DNA of 64,000 bases, taken from positions 1 to 64,000 of the forward strand of contig JALMLS010000527.1 in NCBI GenBank assembly GCA_038496445.1, written 5' to 3'. Shown here one piece after another: positions 50,801-64,000 of the stretch (position 1 is its first letter; every line of letters begins with the position of its first letter). The notes under the pieces were generated by a model, which did no database searches, had not been told where the DNA came from, and worked only from the letters and a program-made list of their open reading frames with translations. The position numbers and the translations under genes were made by a program. This DNA comes from Trichosphaerium sp. ATCC 40318. Its lineage: Eukaryota > Protista > Tubulinea.

Positions 50801-53479
50801 AATTTGATAAATTCGTATTAGACGAAGAAATGCACTCAATACAAGAGCGTATTGATTACAACAAACGGGTACCTTTAACCTCTTTTTTTATTTCGCGTTG
50901 TGACCCTAATAAACTCTATAGATGTCACTAAAAGCAACAGCATCTGAGCCAGTAGTGCTAAACACTAAGTTCGTTGGTGGTACGTTTTTTATTTATGTAA
51001 CAACAAAATATTTGTGGTATTTATTCCTTTTAGCTACTTCAGGAGGCGCCCAACCATCATTCTCCAAACCAGCTGCATCTCCATCACCAGCTGCATCGTC
51101 ACCAAAGCCTGTATTTAGAGCAAAGCTAAAAGGAGCAGCATTAAAGGAGGCTGTACTCAGCCAAACAAACACATTCAAAATATTTGTAACTACGAATGGC
51201 GCTCCAGTTACACCAGATGCAATAAACACAGCCCAAATCAAAGTGATCCTCACAAACGGCTATGTGAAATCCTATGGTACCTCTCTTATTTCTTTTGATT
51301 TATAGTTTTCGTACCCACAATGTTAGAGAACTAACTCCTTTACAGGTAACGTTGAAGCTGTGGGTAATGGTGAGTTTAATGCTCATTATACCCCACAATC
51401 AACTGGAACGTACATGCTTCAAGTGGAACTAAAGGGCAAACCAATTTTGGGAAAACAGCTACCTATTAATGTAGTGTTCAAGAGAACAACAGGTATATCA
51501 GCACCAAGAGTAGCTCAACCTCGTCCAACAGCATCAACTACAACCCCACAATTACAAGCAAGACAAAAAGCATGGGAACAAACAAAGAAACAAACTCCAA
51601 TAAACCCAGCTGATAAGTCTACGCAACAAACAGCACCTACACAACCTACACAACAAGCAAAAGCGTCTACACCTAGTACGTGAAATACTAACGCATTACA
51701 GGAGTACTAAATCATCGTAGCAAATGAACGCAGCGCTCCTCTTTCTCTTGCAGAAAGAATGCAAGCATTCCAAAAACCAAAACAAAACCAACCACAAGCA
51801 AAAACCAAGGTACACATAAGCAGCTCATAGGTTTCGTCTGTTTAACACTTCTCCAGGCAAATAACCCTCCACCACCAACATATGGTGGCATTTTTGTAGC
51901 CAGCAAGCCTGGATCATCAACATCAGCAAGTGGAGCAAAACCAAGTACAATTATACCCAAAAAAACAGATACAAAGTGGTGTTAACTCTGTTTTAGTTGT
52001 TTCAAGGATTTCCCCTGAGATTGAAGCAGCTCTTAGAGATCGTGGTGTAACATCTCCTACATTAGGACAACTTGGGTACTATCACAGACAACATTACGCC
52101 TATCTATGCGCTAATTCATTCAATAAGAAAATACTTGGAAAAACATAACGTTGACTTTGATGCACTACAATTTTACGATCCACAAGAGATCAACGCTGCA
52201 TTTAAAGAGGTGAATATAGCACCAAACCAAAGAGCAATGATAATTGGTATCATCAACAAACACTTAAAAGGTAACTCCAAGCGATAAAAGACCACTATAA
52301 ACCTAGCTCATGCCTTTCCTTAGCTGGTAAACCAGCTCCTTCTGCTTCAGCAGAAACACCTACATACAACTCTATCAACAAAGAACCAGCGAAACCAAAA
52401 GCAGCCGCTTCAGCGACTCCTCAACTACCTCCTCCAGTTGACCTCAAATGCAGGATTATTGGTACGTCCAAGACTTTTTTTTGCCATACTAAAGACTAGT
52501 GATTAACGACTACGTTAAGGTATTAAAAGAGAATCAGAACTTGGTGATGGTGTATCATTCACATTAACATTGTCAGATAAAAGTGACACAGCAACAGACT
52601 TACCTCTGGATGTCATACGTGTATCTGTAACTCTTCCTACTGGTTCTGATGAATCAGGTACGACACTTCTAACACAACAAAATCATCCTATCTTTTTGTT
52701 GTCTTAGTGTTATAACGTTAGTAATTACTCTCTTAGCAAACATTGAACGTGTTGGTGCAGGTCAATACGATGTAACCTATAAACCAGCTAGTTCAGGAAA
52801 GCATTTGATGCAAGTATACCTAAGGTAAGTGTACACAAGCTGGTAAGTTCCGTTTTGTTAATTATTTACTAAGGGATAATCCTACTTTACCTAACCCATT
52901 CCAAATCACTATTGTCGACTCTAATGTACCAGCAAAAATGCCAGAAACGTGGGACACCGTGATTTGTAATGTCCTTATTCAGAGTAGGTCACAAACGCGG
53001 AATGAAGGAGATACATCTCCAATAACATCAGCACGAAGCACTGATTCTGGTATGACAAACATTTAACTTTTATAGCTTTTTTGTAAGTATACTAAATAAT
53101 GACTGTTATTGTTATAGTCTCTTCTTCAAAGTCAAAGAAGCTAAAGAAGCAAAAGAGTGGTAAGAAGCTAAAGAAAGAAGGTACGACTCATTCTCTTTGG
53201 TTTGTTTCTTTTTTGAAATAGACTATTATTGTTATCACGTGGTGTTAACACGTCATTGTTTTAGTGAAAGTCAAGGATAAAAAACAAAAAGACAAAGAGC
53301 CAAAGAAAGAAGCAAAGAAGGAGAAGGAAGGAAAGAAGGATAAAAAGAAGGATTCAAAGGATAAGAAAAAGCCAAAAAAAGATCCAAAGAAAGAAAAGGA
53401 AGCAAAGAGAGAAAAATCAAAGTCACTAAGAAAGAAAAAATCAAAGAAGCATGTTAACAAGGAAGGTATAAATAAATAA
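47840..53479 (+). CDS. Filamin/gelation-factor-like Ig-repeat protein with EEEAA(K/R)KA repeats and Lys-rich tail
   Basis: Repeated filamin motifs ([15 protein letters not shown]..GxPF; [17 protein letters not shown]; GQYDVTYKP). Start uncertain. Confidence 0.75.
50165..50600 (+). repeat. 27-nt coding tandem repeat AEEEAA(R/K)KA
   Basis: GCTGA(A/G)GAAGAAGCTGC..AAAGC tandem units; a similar block lies at ~49520-49715. Confidence 0.9.
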
Positions 53480-53911
53480 CAAATTTTCACAAAAAAAAAA
53501 CAAGACTTTGATTGTAGACTTGCTTGTACGCTTAATATAAATCTTCAAAAATGAATCAAAGTTCATAGCTCCACATCATACGGTAACATACAATCGAACC
53601 ACAGTAAAAAACAGCGGTTAAGTTGTACTTCTACTGTTATCGCTGGCGGGTCTGTAGTTGGTGCCTCAGTTGTTGAGTGACTAAGGTTGGAGCTTCAGGC
53701 AAGTACCGCGCATACTATTAGTGACAAATACTTATTTATGTTCACTACTATGCCACGCCAATTACTTTCATATTTTTCCTTGTTTTGTGCGGTGAACAGC
53801 TGTACAAAACCGGTTACCAAAAAAGCTCAAAGCGTCATCACGTGCCTTAAAAAAACGTGCTCTTTCGTATTGTTCAAAAAACCACATTCCTCCTTAGTAC
53901 AACACCTTATC

Positions 53912-55705
53912 ATGAGTTTGAGACTTGAAACATCGGATTACATACATCTACTCAGTAGAAAAGGTAAATCGCTTAAATCAAACCCACTTCGTTCTCTAGA
54001 TGCCATATGTAAAGCAGACGCTGAAATGGTGAGCCTTTTAGCCAAATAAAGTTTATACCTTAAAACCAATTTCTCTATAGATTAACCTTGGGGGCGGGCT
54101 ACCTCAGCCAAGTGCTATACCTATCGAGGGTATAACGATCAAATTGAAGTCAGGTAAAGCCGGGAGAACGAAAAATCATTTGTGATGTCAGTTAACAACT
54201 CGTAGGTGAATCTTTTGATGTTTCTTCACCTATGGTTGCGAAAGGTGTAAACTATTCCACAACTGTAAGTAAAATGTCTAACAAGTGTCAAAGTACTAAC
54301 TGTTCTCCGTAAAGAAAGGCATACTTGAGTTAACAGACTACCTCATTGAGTACCAAAAAGAGCTACATAGTCCACATGGCAACTGGGACGTTTGCACACT
54401 TGCTGGTAGATACACATTTTCGTAGACTTCAAAGTCACCCTTAATAGGAAGTAAGGATGGTATCAACAAAATCATGAGAATTTTTACAGAACCAGGAGAC
54501 ACCATACTATGTGCAGAACCACTTTATGCGTTAAGTTCTATTCATGTTTACTATCATTTTTATTATACTTTCATAGAGAGCTTATTTTAGCCATTAGTGG
54601 AGCAAAGGCTACACGAGATCAATGTATTTGGCATGGTATCCCTACAGATGAGCATGGTATTCAAACAGAGACATTACGGAAGACGCTTGATAATTGGTCT
54701 AAAGACGACAATAAACCAAAGGTTTTGTTTGTTTTTGTCTTTCATCATAACGCTGATTTTTAGGTTCTTTACATAGTACCAACAGGTCAAAATCCTACAG
54801 GGAGTATTTTATCGTATAAAAGACGTCAAGAATTATTGAAAATAGCTTCAGATCATAATCTAATAATCATTGAAGATGATCCTTATTGGTTCGTAGAATT
54901 TTCTTATTTACACTTTGGAAAAGAGTCTCACAATAATATTAGGTATGTTTGTCTTGGAACCGAACAGCCAATTGAAAGCTTGTTATCTATGGATACAGAA
55001 GGTCGAGTATTAAGGCTGGACTCTTTTAGCAAATTTTTAGCACCTGGACTACGCCTTGGTTGGATTACAGGCCCAAAGTTTTTGGTTGATTTAATAGAAC
55101 TAGTGAATCAAGCAGATGTTATTCATCCTTCTGGTATTTTCTTCGTTTTAAACACATCTGTTTTCCTTAGTTGTAATACCTATTTATATTAGGTGTCAGT
55201 CAAGCCATTGCGTTATCAATACTACAATATTGGGGAAAGGAAGGCATAGCAAAGCATTCTGAGCATATAAGAAAATTATATACTGCGAAAAGAGATGCTT
55301 TGATTTCTGCATGTGACGAGTACCTCAAAGGCTTAGCAACGTGGGATGTTCCTAAAGGAGGAATGTTCGTGTGGTTAAATTTAATTGGTGTTGAAGACAC
55401 TGAGGAACTTGTACGCAAAGAAGCAGTAGCATCAAAGGTAAGCCGTTTTAATACAAAAAAGATTGTCTCAACGTTTTAGGTACTGCTCATGTGGGGATCA
55501 CCTTACATGGCTTCAGGGCGAAAATCATCATGTATACGGGTGTCATATTCTATGGCATCTATAGAGGTGCGAGTTTGTTTCATGTGAATATTGTATTTAT
55601 AGTGTATTTCTTTTCCTGTTGATCACGTGATTTGTTATTTAGGATATGAAAGAAGGTATAAAGAGACTTGCAAGTATTCTAAAAGAAAGGAAAAAGTTAA
55701 AATAA
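53912..55705 (+). CDS. PLP-dependent class I/II aminotransferase (AADAT/Aro8-like)
   Basis: NLGGGLP, YIVPTGQNPTG, IIEDDPY, DSFSKFLAPGLRLGW, PKGGMFVW. Confidence 0.92.
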
Positions 55706-55921
55706 AGCAGAGTAATGAGCCTAGTTTGTTAGGAAACAACAAACACCACATGACTAAAAAGCTGTTAACGAGAAGCTAAAAATAAATTCTGTACCCTTAC
55801 CAATGTGGCTTATGTTGTAGCGTTATGTAACTTTTTCCTTTGTGATGATAAAAATTGTAGTTTATTTCTATTTTACACAAACCGTTGTCACAAGGGGTTT
55901 TTTTCAGGCTTCGATTTAGGG

Positions 55922-56742
55922 TCACATGTATTTGTATCGGTTAACTATTGCTTCATTAACACTATACAACCCGGTCCATCTAGTCTCTACTGCTTTTGTG
56001 CGTTGATTTTGATGTGTTGCACCAAAAACTGAGCTTGAAGGAGCTCTTGATGAAGTACTCTTGAGAGTTTCTTGCTTAGATAGCCAAGCTTTTACATACG
56101 GCCTAGCATGCCAATTTCCTTTGTCATCAGAAGAAAACATGAAATAAGATTCTATACTCATCAAAGACAAGAGGGAAGAGTTTACCCAATGCTCCAAAAT
56201 GCCTATAAGTTTATCTCTCATAATTTCTTCTGAGTTACTTCTACCATCCCATAGATCATAACAGTGCCCAACTGCCTTTGAAACAAGAGCCCTTTCATCA
56301 CTTTTATCCTGCAAGCTATTAATAACAGTTCGCGTGGCAACACAAAAAAAACCAGAAGTGCACTTCTAGGAGTTGTGGGTTACCTTAACAATGCGTGGTA
56401 AATAGTAATCCAATTCCATTAAAAAAGTCGTGCCAGTACGAGATGCCTCGTACTTTTTAAGGATCGTCGATAGTATTTTATTATTCTTGCTTGGTTGTGT
56501 ATTGCATATCTATAGCGTTATAAGCAAACTCATGCGGAAAAAAAAAATGGGGTACGTACTTTGTATTTTAATTTTTCTGTGATATTTTTGGGTTTTCCAC
56601 AGTGTGGTAGCGATGATAGTACGAACTTGCACGTTATTGAGAGGCTGTAGTGTTCGTATGATGATCTTTCAAAATACTGAAGTATGTAGTACCAAATTTC
56701 TACAGGTAACAGTGTATACGCGTGTTCCATGTCGTGTTGCAT
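55922..56742 (-). CDS. F-box-like protein with unknown C-terminus
   Basis: LLPVEIWYYILQYF...LSITCK F-box consensus; downstream exons open to 55922. Confidence 0.6.
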
Positions 56743-56923
56743 TAAATAACAATATTATTGGGGTTTAGGTTAACACCAGCAGCAAGTTGCAGTCTTCAAT
56801 TAAGTGAACTGAATGTTGTTTACTTTACTAACTTTTTTTCCGCAAAAAAAACGTGTTTAGTACAACATTCTCCGCTCCATTTTCTCTAGTCGCCGGTAAT
56901 TTTTTCTGTACTTACTCTGAAGC

Positions 56924-57481
56924 ATGCAATACGTGATTTTTGCGCTTTGTGTATTATGTATAGGCGTTACAAGCGGAAAATATACTGTCCGCTCTTTACT
57001 TCAAACCACAGCGGCTCCGACTACTGCCAACGTGACTGTTAATGAAACTATACCTTGCGGCCAATTAACTTGTATTGCTGGCGCCGAAACATGCTGTAAA
57101 AATGGTTTAGTATCAACATGCATACCCGTTGGGTTCGCTTGTTGCGGGTGCCAAGGCGTACGCTTACAATTTCACACGTGTAACCATATTAACCAAACCA
57201 AGGTTAAATGTTGCGCTTGCGAGCTTGTTGGTGATTCTGGTGATGGTGACGAACGAGAATGTGTTGCTGGATGTAATTTAGAAGATTGTTCTGACTGCTG
57301 CATCAGTACGTACCTATAAGTACTTCTCATACGCTAACAACTATCAGGACGCGAACCTGATGACGTTGATGACGACGACGAAGACAGTGACACTACGATA
57401 GTGCTAATCAACAATGGTGTGAGTCTTCACATTGCACTACACGCCACAATTTTAACTGTTTTGGCCATTCTCTGTCTATAA
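56924..57481 (+). CDS. Small Cys-rich secreted protein, probably GPI-anchored
   Basis: Signal peptide, CC-rich core, acidic spacer, hydrophobic C-terminus (ATILTVLAILCL*). Confidence 0.7.
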
Positions 57482-57632
57482 CGCCTTTTTTGTACAAAAT
57501 AGAAAGTTTTCTCCTAGTCGCCATTGTAACTAACTCAAATACAACCAAACAAAGAAATAGTACGTGAAAAGCATTTCGCGTTTTAAAAATACATTAAAAA
57601 TCAGATTGCGTTTACACCAAATCTACAATTTT

Positions 57633-59209
57633 CTACAACACACCAGCGTCACTATTCTCAACAGACGATTCATCTGCTTCATTAAATAATATTTGTGACT
57701 TTGCACTATTAGATTGCGTCTAGAGATAGATGTAAGCATCAGTATAAGTAAATACCTTTTGTCAAATAGTTTGGTTTTTTTTTTGTAGATTGTATTCAAA
57801 TTGTAGCAATGTACCTTTTGCAATGCTGACGTCCATGAGTGTTGGTTTGTTAGCGATGTAAATGCTATAAACCACGCCTTATCAACTTGTTGATTATAAA
57901 TCTTTACGCAATGCTTCATACTACGTAATCGCGTTGCTTCTATAGAACTACCATCCAATGGTATGTTTTTACACGTTTTTTTCCTTTGTCTATCACGAAC
58001 AGACCAACAATTTAATCTACCATCGCTAAGTTCTACTTGTTGTAGCTTCCACCTCTTTGAACCCCAAAATCGACTTTTAACTAATAAATGTAAATTCTCC
58101 AACTTTTTCTCTTTAAGTCTTCTCCCAGTCTTAGGGCTTCCTCTAGCGGAAAGGCTTTCTGTCAACTTTGTAAGTTCCTTAGATTGCCTATTTAACTTTT
58201 GCTCTTGCTTAAGAGCTGCATCTCTAAGAGATCTAAGCTCTGCTCCTTGTCTCGATGATCTCTTGCTCCTACTGGAGCTTTTTGGGCTAGATATCTTATT
58301 AAGCCCTGTGTCTAGCGACAGTGTACGCTTGTTTGTCAATCCAGAAGCCGACGCCTAGAAAAACAGAGCGGTCAGCTTGTAAGCGTTTGTTTGCATCGTA
58401 CACGACGTCTAGCTCTTCGTTTTTCGGTTGGCATATCTTGAACTTGTATTTCTCTTGGACTTAAAGAACTTCTTCGTTTGCCTGGTATTGGGACACCTGT
58501 TTGCATGTCTACAACTGGTCCTCGTTCAATTCTTCTTTTTGACAACACTTCACTATCTGAATGATATTTTAAACGCTTTGAATCGCGAATAGAATCTTCG
58601 CTATCAGAATGCTCAGCCTACAAGAAAAGAATGGCAAAATTAGCTGAAGAGGTGACAGATGAAGGATTTTTCGGCTTTGTTATTCTCTTACCTCTCCAAT
58701 TTCAACAGTGAGCGGATTCATTGCGAAGTCAGCAATAGTTACAGCAATTTGGTAATCTCCTGGACTTAGCGGAGTCCAGCGTACAATAACCGTTCCATCC
58801 TTTCTGGCGCGTTTTCTAGACGGTACCTACATGTATTTAAGCCTTTTGAGCCAATTTTTGTCACTCTGTACCGCTGCATCAGGACCACTTATAGCCACAC
58901 GCACTTCATCCAGTTTATATACCTCTGCAGGGTCCTTTTGAGTAATTTTAATTACCTGCGGAATTCCGACCTAAAATTACAACGTTTGCTTAATTTCTCT
59001 TCGCTACTGGCGTACTCTTTGCGAGCCGTCGTCAAGTTGTATCCCAAATACTTTTTTTCCTTTTGCACAATTAGAAATATTACTACCTAAAATAAACCAG
59101 CGGGCTTGCAATACGTACCTTGTGCATTTGATAAGAAATGGTATCCAGCAAACGATACAGTATTCTTACGAATGTGCGCAAGGGACGTTGGGGAGTCTTT
59201 ACTACTCAT
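57633..59209 (-). CDS. Filamin-repeat + coiled coil + PH domain protein
   Basis: VAISGP..DGTVIVRWTPLSPGDYQIAV filamin repeat; PH-like KSRFWGSKRWK..IPLDGS..FIAF..SWTSALQ. Confidence 0.7.
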
Positions 59210-59352
59210 TGTATGTCACTGGGTACATGCTACAGTACAGTACGCTAGAGTACAGCTTAACGAGCATTGATAAGTTTGCCTGTGTATTTCTGAACAGTTT
59301 TCCCACCTCGCACTGTGATCATCACCTCGCCTGTTTTGAGGTATTGAGATGA

Positions 59353-61873
59353 ATGGCAGCTAACAACAACAAAGAATATACAACGGCGTACGGCGTACGA
59401 ATTAAATTAGTTCTACTAGCCGATGGCGCTGTTGGGAAAACGTGTAAGTGTAGTTTTACCTCTAGTTATAGTATTTTTTCTCAAATGATTATCTACTGAT
59501 CAAAACAAGGCTTGTGTACAAGGTTTTGCAAGGATTACTTCTCCACAACCTATGATCCAACGTTAAGAAACCAGTACAAGTAAGGAAGGTAAATACCGAT
59601 CGGGTTAATGTTGTTTTACATAGAACAACACTGAACGTTAGCGAAAATGACACGACTTCCACCAAAGGACCAAAAACGTACTGAAAAGTGCCCAAGATGC
59701 AACCTAATCTGTTTTTAGCGCTGTGAGCTTGTCAATGGTTGATACAGCGGGCCAAACTGATTATGGTATTACTTACAAACCTTATCAAGCAATTAACGGT
59801 ATTATTTTAGCTCATGTCCGAGAACGCGAAATACAATTTAGCGAAGGACTCATTGTAGTATTTGATGTGACGCGAAGGTTCAGCTTTGAGGCTGCCGAGG
59901 GGATACTGACAATGATAGAAAGATCCGACAGTACGGCAACCCAACACGGCCTTTTGACACTCGTAAATATCTATTGTAGAAGCGAACTATCCTTGCATTC
60001 TGGTAGGTAATCAAATTGATCGGGAAGATAGAAGAGAAGTGTCAACAATTGAAGGCAAAACTCTCGCAACGAAATATAAGGCTCAGTTCATTGAAACATC
60101 TGCAAAAGAAAACACCAATGTTGCTGAAATGTTTTCAACAATATCTAGGAGCGTGCTTAGATTCAAAGCGGTACACAAATAAGAAAGATATTTAAACACA
60201 TGTCAAAAAAAAACTGATTTTTTTTTTCTTCAATAGGCGAAGACAACTACTGACAAGAGACCGAAGTTAAACATTTCGTACTTGGGAAGGCGGACACTGC
60301 CAAAATCATCGTTAAAGTATATCAGTAATATTACAACGCTACATGTAGCAAAGAACAGAATAACATTGGAAAACTTGATTAAGATTACACAAAAAATGAC
60401 TCAACTGACAGACTTGGATATATCTTGCAATGCACTCACGAGATGTCCTCCACTCAACAACTTAGTTGATCTACGTAAATTAAATATAAGCTGTAACATG
60501 ATACCAGTAGTACCACGGGGTTTGAATGCTCTACAACAGCTGGAGTACTTAGATGTTTCATCTAATGTTCTAACTAAATTTGACCCTGTGGTTCTCAAGT
60601 TACCTTTCTTGCGTGTATTTGATATACGGTATAACAACTTACAACTTGAATACATGGAAGACGAACTGGCACAATTTATTCGCAATCGTGGTAAATTAGA
60701 GCGCAACAGTCCACTCATAATTGGTACTGAGGCAATATGCAAATAACTAAATGCTAACATCTTTTAGACGAATTGAATGCAGCTACTGATTTGCTATTGA
60801 AAGGTACTGAATCTGACCAGATTAGAGCAGCACGCTACTTGGCTGAAAACGCAGGAAATGGTAAGGACGAAGCCTGTTTTTTTAATTCAAATCTTATTTA
60901 TTGTTTCCAAGGTATTGCACGTGACTTAGTCACTAAAAAAGGTGGTATATCTGCTCTAGTTGCACTATTACGGTCTGACAAAAAGAAATCACAAAGAATT
61001 GCAGCAAAAACATTACATCAGTTTGCACAGCATGGAGGTACCAAACCCAAAAATAACGCAATGTAAGTGCTGGCTTTACAACTTTTTAGAGGTCTACCAA
61101 AATGAGATTGTTACTGCTGGTGGTCTGGGACGTTTAGTTGTACTTTTGGACTCAGTAGACTCCAAGCGCATTACTCAACGAGCGCTCAGTATACTTACAT
61201 TGCTAGCTTCTCATAACGGTACAAAAAATCGCTTAAAGTGCTTGATCAAACTTACTCGATTGTAGAGAAAAATCGGGATCGTATTGACTTCCTTGGGGGA
61301 GTCAAGCGTCTAGAGAATGTTAAGAAGGCATCTACAGATTATACAAATGCCATGGCACGAGAACTTCTAGATATGATAAAACAATCAAAGGCAAAAGAAA
61401 ACTTGACAATAGTAGATCCTAGTCAAGTTTCAAACAGGCAAAGACGTAACACAGTAGCTGTTAATGATATAGATCTATCTTTTGTTGTACCTGTAGAACA
61501 AAAAGCAGTAACACATCGCAAAAAAGAAGCAGTTTCAAGCAAAAAAACAGGTACTCCTCGTTTACAACAAAGAGAAAGAAATTACGAGATTTTATTCGAC
61601 GTCAATGGTGAAAAAATCCGAGATTACGAATCAGAGTACTACAAGTTGAAGGCAAGATTGAAGGTAATAGAGCAAGCTCTCTTCGAATCACAAAAAGATT
61701 TTAAACAAGAACAAAAGAAGAACGTCATTTACAAGCAACAACTACGCGAGAGTGAGGCTGCAAATGAGCATTTGAGAGTAAAATTAAGACAAGCTACATC
61801 AAATTCTTATCCTAAAAGAACAGCTGTCAGTGCGAATGACCTGCCATCAATTAGAAACACTCTACAAACATAA
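59353..61873 (+). CDS. Ras-like GTPase fused to LRR, armadillo repeats and coiled coil
   Basis: G1 ADGAVGKT, G2 YDPTL, G3 DTAGQ, G4 NQID, G5 ETSAK; LRRs LTDLDISCN/LEYLDVSSN; ARM KGGISALVALL and AGGLGRLVVLL. Confidence 0.8.
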
Positions 61874-62272
61874 CCCAAGCGAGAAAAGAAACTTGTTAAA
61901 CAGCGTTGTAAATAAAAGTCTATTTTCACAAAGTTTTACGTAACACTTCCCTCTAACGTTTTCAGGCACTACAGGCCTAAAATTTGCTTTAGGCAAAGCA
62001 ACGCGTGCTGAGAATCCAAAATTGGTCGAGTAGTTTGTCTTTTGGTGTTGCACGTAAAAGAGCGACTAAGGGCCGGGCAAATAGCGCAAGTTTCTTTTGA
62101 AACCACGACGGTAAAAGAATTGTCCAAAACAGTCACACCAAGTACACCAAGTACCTCAATAGTTGGGAACGCGTTGTAACGCTCTGCGTTTCCATGATTG
62201 CCAATTAAACAATTAGTAATCCCGGACTGCATTACTTTCACTCAAACAAACTCGTTTTAACGCTCAGAGGGC

Positions 62273-64000
62273 ATGAGCGTTGTCGCAAAAAACACCGCAG
62301 ACAGCGAGAGCAAACTAGACAACAGCTCGAATATAAACCTTGGCTCACTCCTAAGGCTATTCAAAAGTAGTTACTTTGACGAATGGCTATGCGTAAGCTA
62401 CATTTACAGATACCCAAAGCCCGGTGTACATGATTATTTGTGTAATCAGCTTTACCAGCTCAAACAGTCAGAAATAGAGTTTTACTTGCCACAACTATGG
62501 TACGTAGCAAATGTTCATTCACTGCTTGGCTTTTCCTTTTGTCGGAATAAAAATCATTTGACGGCGACTCTGTAATAGCCGCTATTACGTAGCAATATTT
62601 CGCTTACTAGCGCCTAGCAATTTGCTTTTACATAAAACGTTCCAATCAAACTCTTTGGAGCGCTTCATACTTGACCGTTGCGCAGACTCTGTTCACTTCG
62701 CTTTAAAGGTAACCTTATCACAGCTTTGGGCAACACAATAATTTTTTTCTGTAGGTCTCATGGTTACTACAAGCGTTTCTCGATGACGGAGACGCCAAAA
62801 CTCGGGTACTTTGTTTTGTCTTGTCGGGGTTTTGAAGTTTATGTTTTTCCTGCCTAGGCAACATGCGCGCGCTTGAAAGAACAGGTAGAGATATCTGTGG
62901 TAAATTGCTGTAGACCTGGGCGAATGCGTCAAAATCCGTCACTTATCCCTAGATGGTACAGAGAGTTAATAAGAAAAAAGAACGCAGAAAAAGGCGACGA
63001 CGTTGAAGCAGTAGATGGTATTTTTTGAACTGCCAACAGACGGGGTTTCTAATCTTTTTTCTTTTCTTTTAGAGGATGATGCAGTAGCATTTGCACTGTC
63101 AAAGAAGGATCGTTGCGAGTATTTTAATAGATTATTGGCTTTTGTAGATCAACTTGGCAAAATAGGGAATCAGCTAGTGCAAGTACCTCCACAAAAGCGT
63201 AAAGAAGCGTTGCAAGACACATTAAAGCACTTAAACGAGCAAATGCAAGGGCAAAAAACTGCAGCTTATTTGCCTGGTACAGGATCAGACAATTTTCTAG
63301 CACTACTGGCAATACCAGAGCAACACGCGAAAGTACTAAAAAGGTTCGTGTGGTTTATTTAACCTCCTCTTCTCTAATTGTAACTAGTCGTGATCGTGCT
63401 CCTTATTTACTTATACTGGAGACACTTGAAGCGCCAGTAGATTGTTTTGCTGCAAATCTACATGAAATAGCTGGAGACTTTGCGTACAAAAAAGTAGAAT
63501 CTCTACGCGAGGAAGTTGATGAAAGCGACGCTCAAGAAACGCAATCAAATTCAAGCGCAGATGAAATTGATCAAGGAAAGGGTGTCGTCGCTGACACGAT
63601 AAAGGCCACAGACACAGAAACAAATAAGCTTAGTGACCTTGCTTCAAAGCACGCACGAAAGGGTTCAAAGGACTCTACAATATCTACAAGCCAAAGTGTC
63701 GATTCGGATTTATCTTGTCTGGATGAAGCAGTAAAAAAGACTTGCCCATTTGGTGCTCCTTGGAGCGTTGTCACAGAAAGAATTCGTAAAAGAAGCCCTT
63801 TTGGACATTTACCTAATTGGCGGCTAATTTCAGTAATTGTTAAAGCTGGTGATGATTGTCGTCAAGAACAACTTGCTGTGCAATTACTGCGGCAGTTTGA
63901 GAAAATTTTCAAAGAGTCTAAACTCCCTCTATACGTCAGACCATACCGGTACGTAATTATGGTTTAAACTATAATTTTTTTTCTTCCAAATAACTGACCT
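62273..64000 (+). CDS. PI4KB: Phosphatidylinositol 4-kinase type III beta (runs off the window end)
   Basis: LLRLFKS..FD, IEFYLPQL, SRDRAPYL, IRKRSPFGHLPNWRLISVIVKAGDDCRQEQLA. Confidence 0.92.

Noticed and set aside
59353-61873. Roco/LRRK family gene
   Set aside because: The GTPase precedes the LRRs, and no COR or kinase domain is visible.
1-64000. Non-standard genetic code to explain fragmented ORFs
   Set aside because: Breaks coincide with GT..AG introns, and TAA, TAG and TGA all serve as terminal stops.

Overview
AT-rich, gene-dense eukaryotic nuclear DNA with many short (~40-100 nt) GT-AG introns, so the ORF track only shows exon fragments. It is a protist, plausibly amoebozoan given the filamin-like proteins (inference). 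Recognisable host genes: Hv1 proton channel, PT-repeat mucin-like membrane protein, GCSH, MRE11, an SF1 (UPF1/IGHMBP2-like) helicase, an MGME1-like PD-(D/E)XK nuclease, anoctamin, prohibitin, METTL2/6, RTF1, STK16-like kinase, BolA, a filamin-like protein, a PLP aminotransferase and PI4K-beta. Interspersed among them is a fast-evolving two-family system: three F-box-like/MORN-variant genes and four F-box-like/21-aa-LRR genes, one of them a pseudogene. Two of each form a repeated tail-to-tail MORN-> <-LRR cassette (13.7-16.3 kb and 43.9-47.4 kb). The cassettes have conserved single 5' introns, a shared upstream motif, variable repeat number and hypervariable LRR surface residues. Other notable items: a decayed piggyBac-like element with a SAP-like motif that splits the LRR pseudogene, a circularly permuted tRNA-like sequence at ~42 kb, a UBE2Q-like E2-UFD1-zinc finger fusion using a 5-nt microexon, and a Ras-LRR-ARM fusion. 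Gene boundaries come from manual splicing and are approximate.
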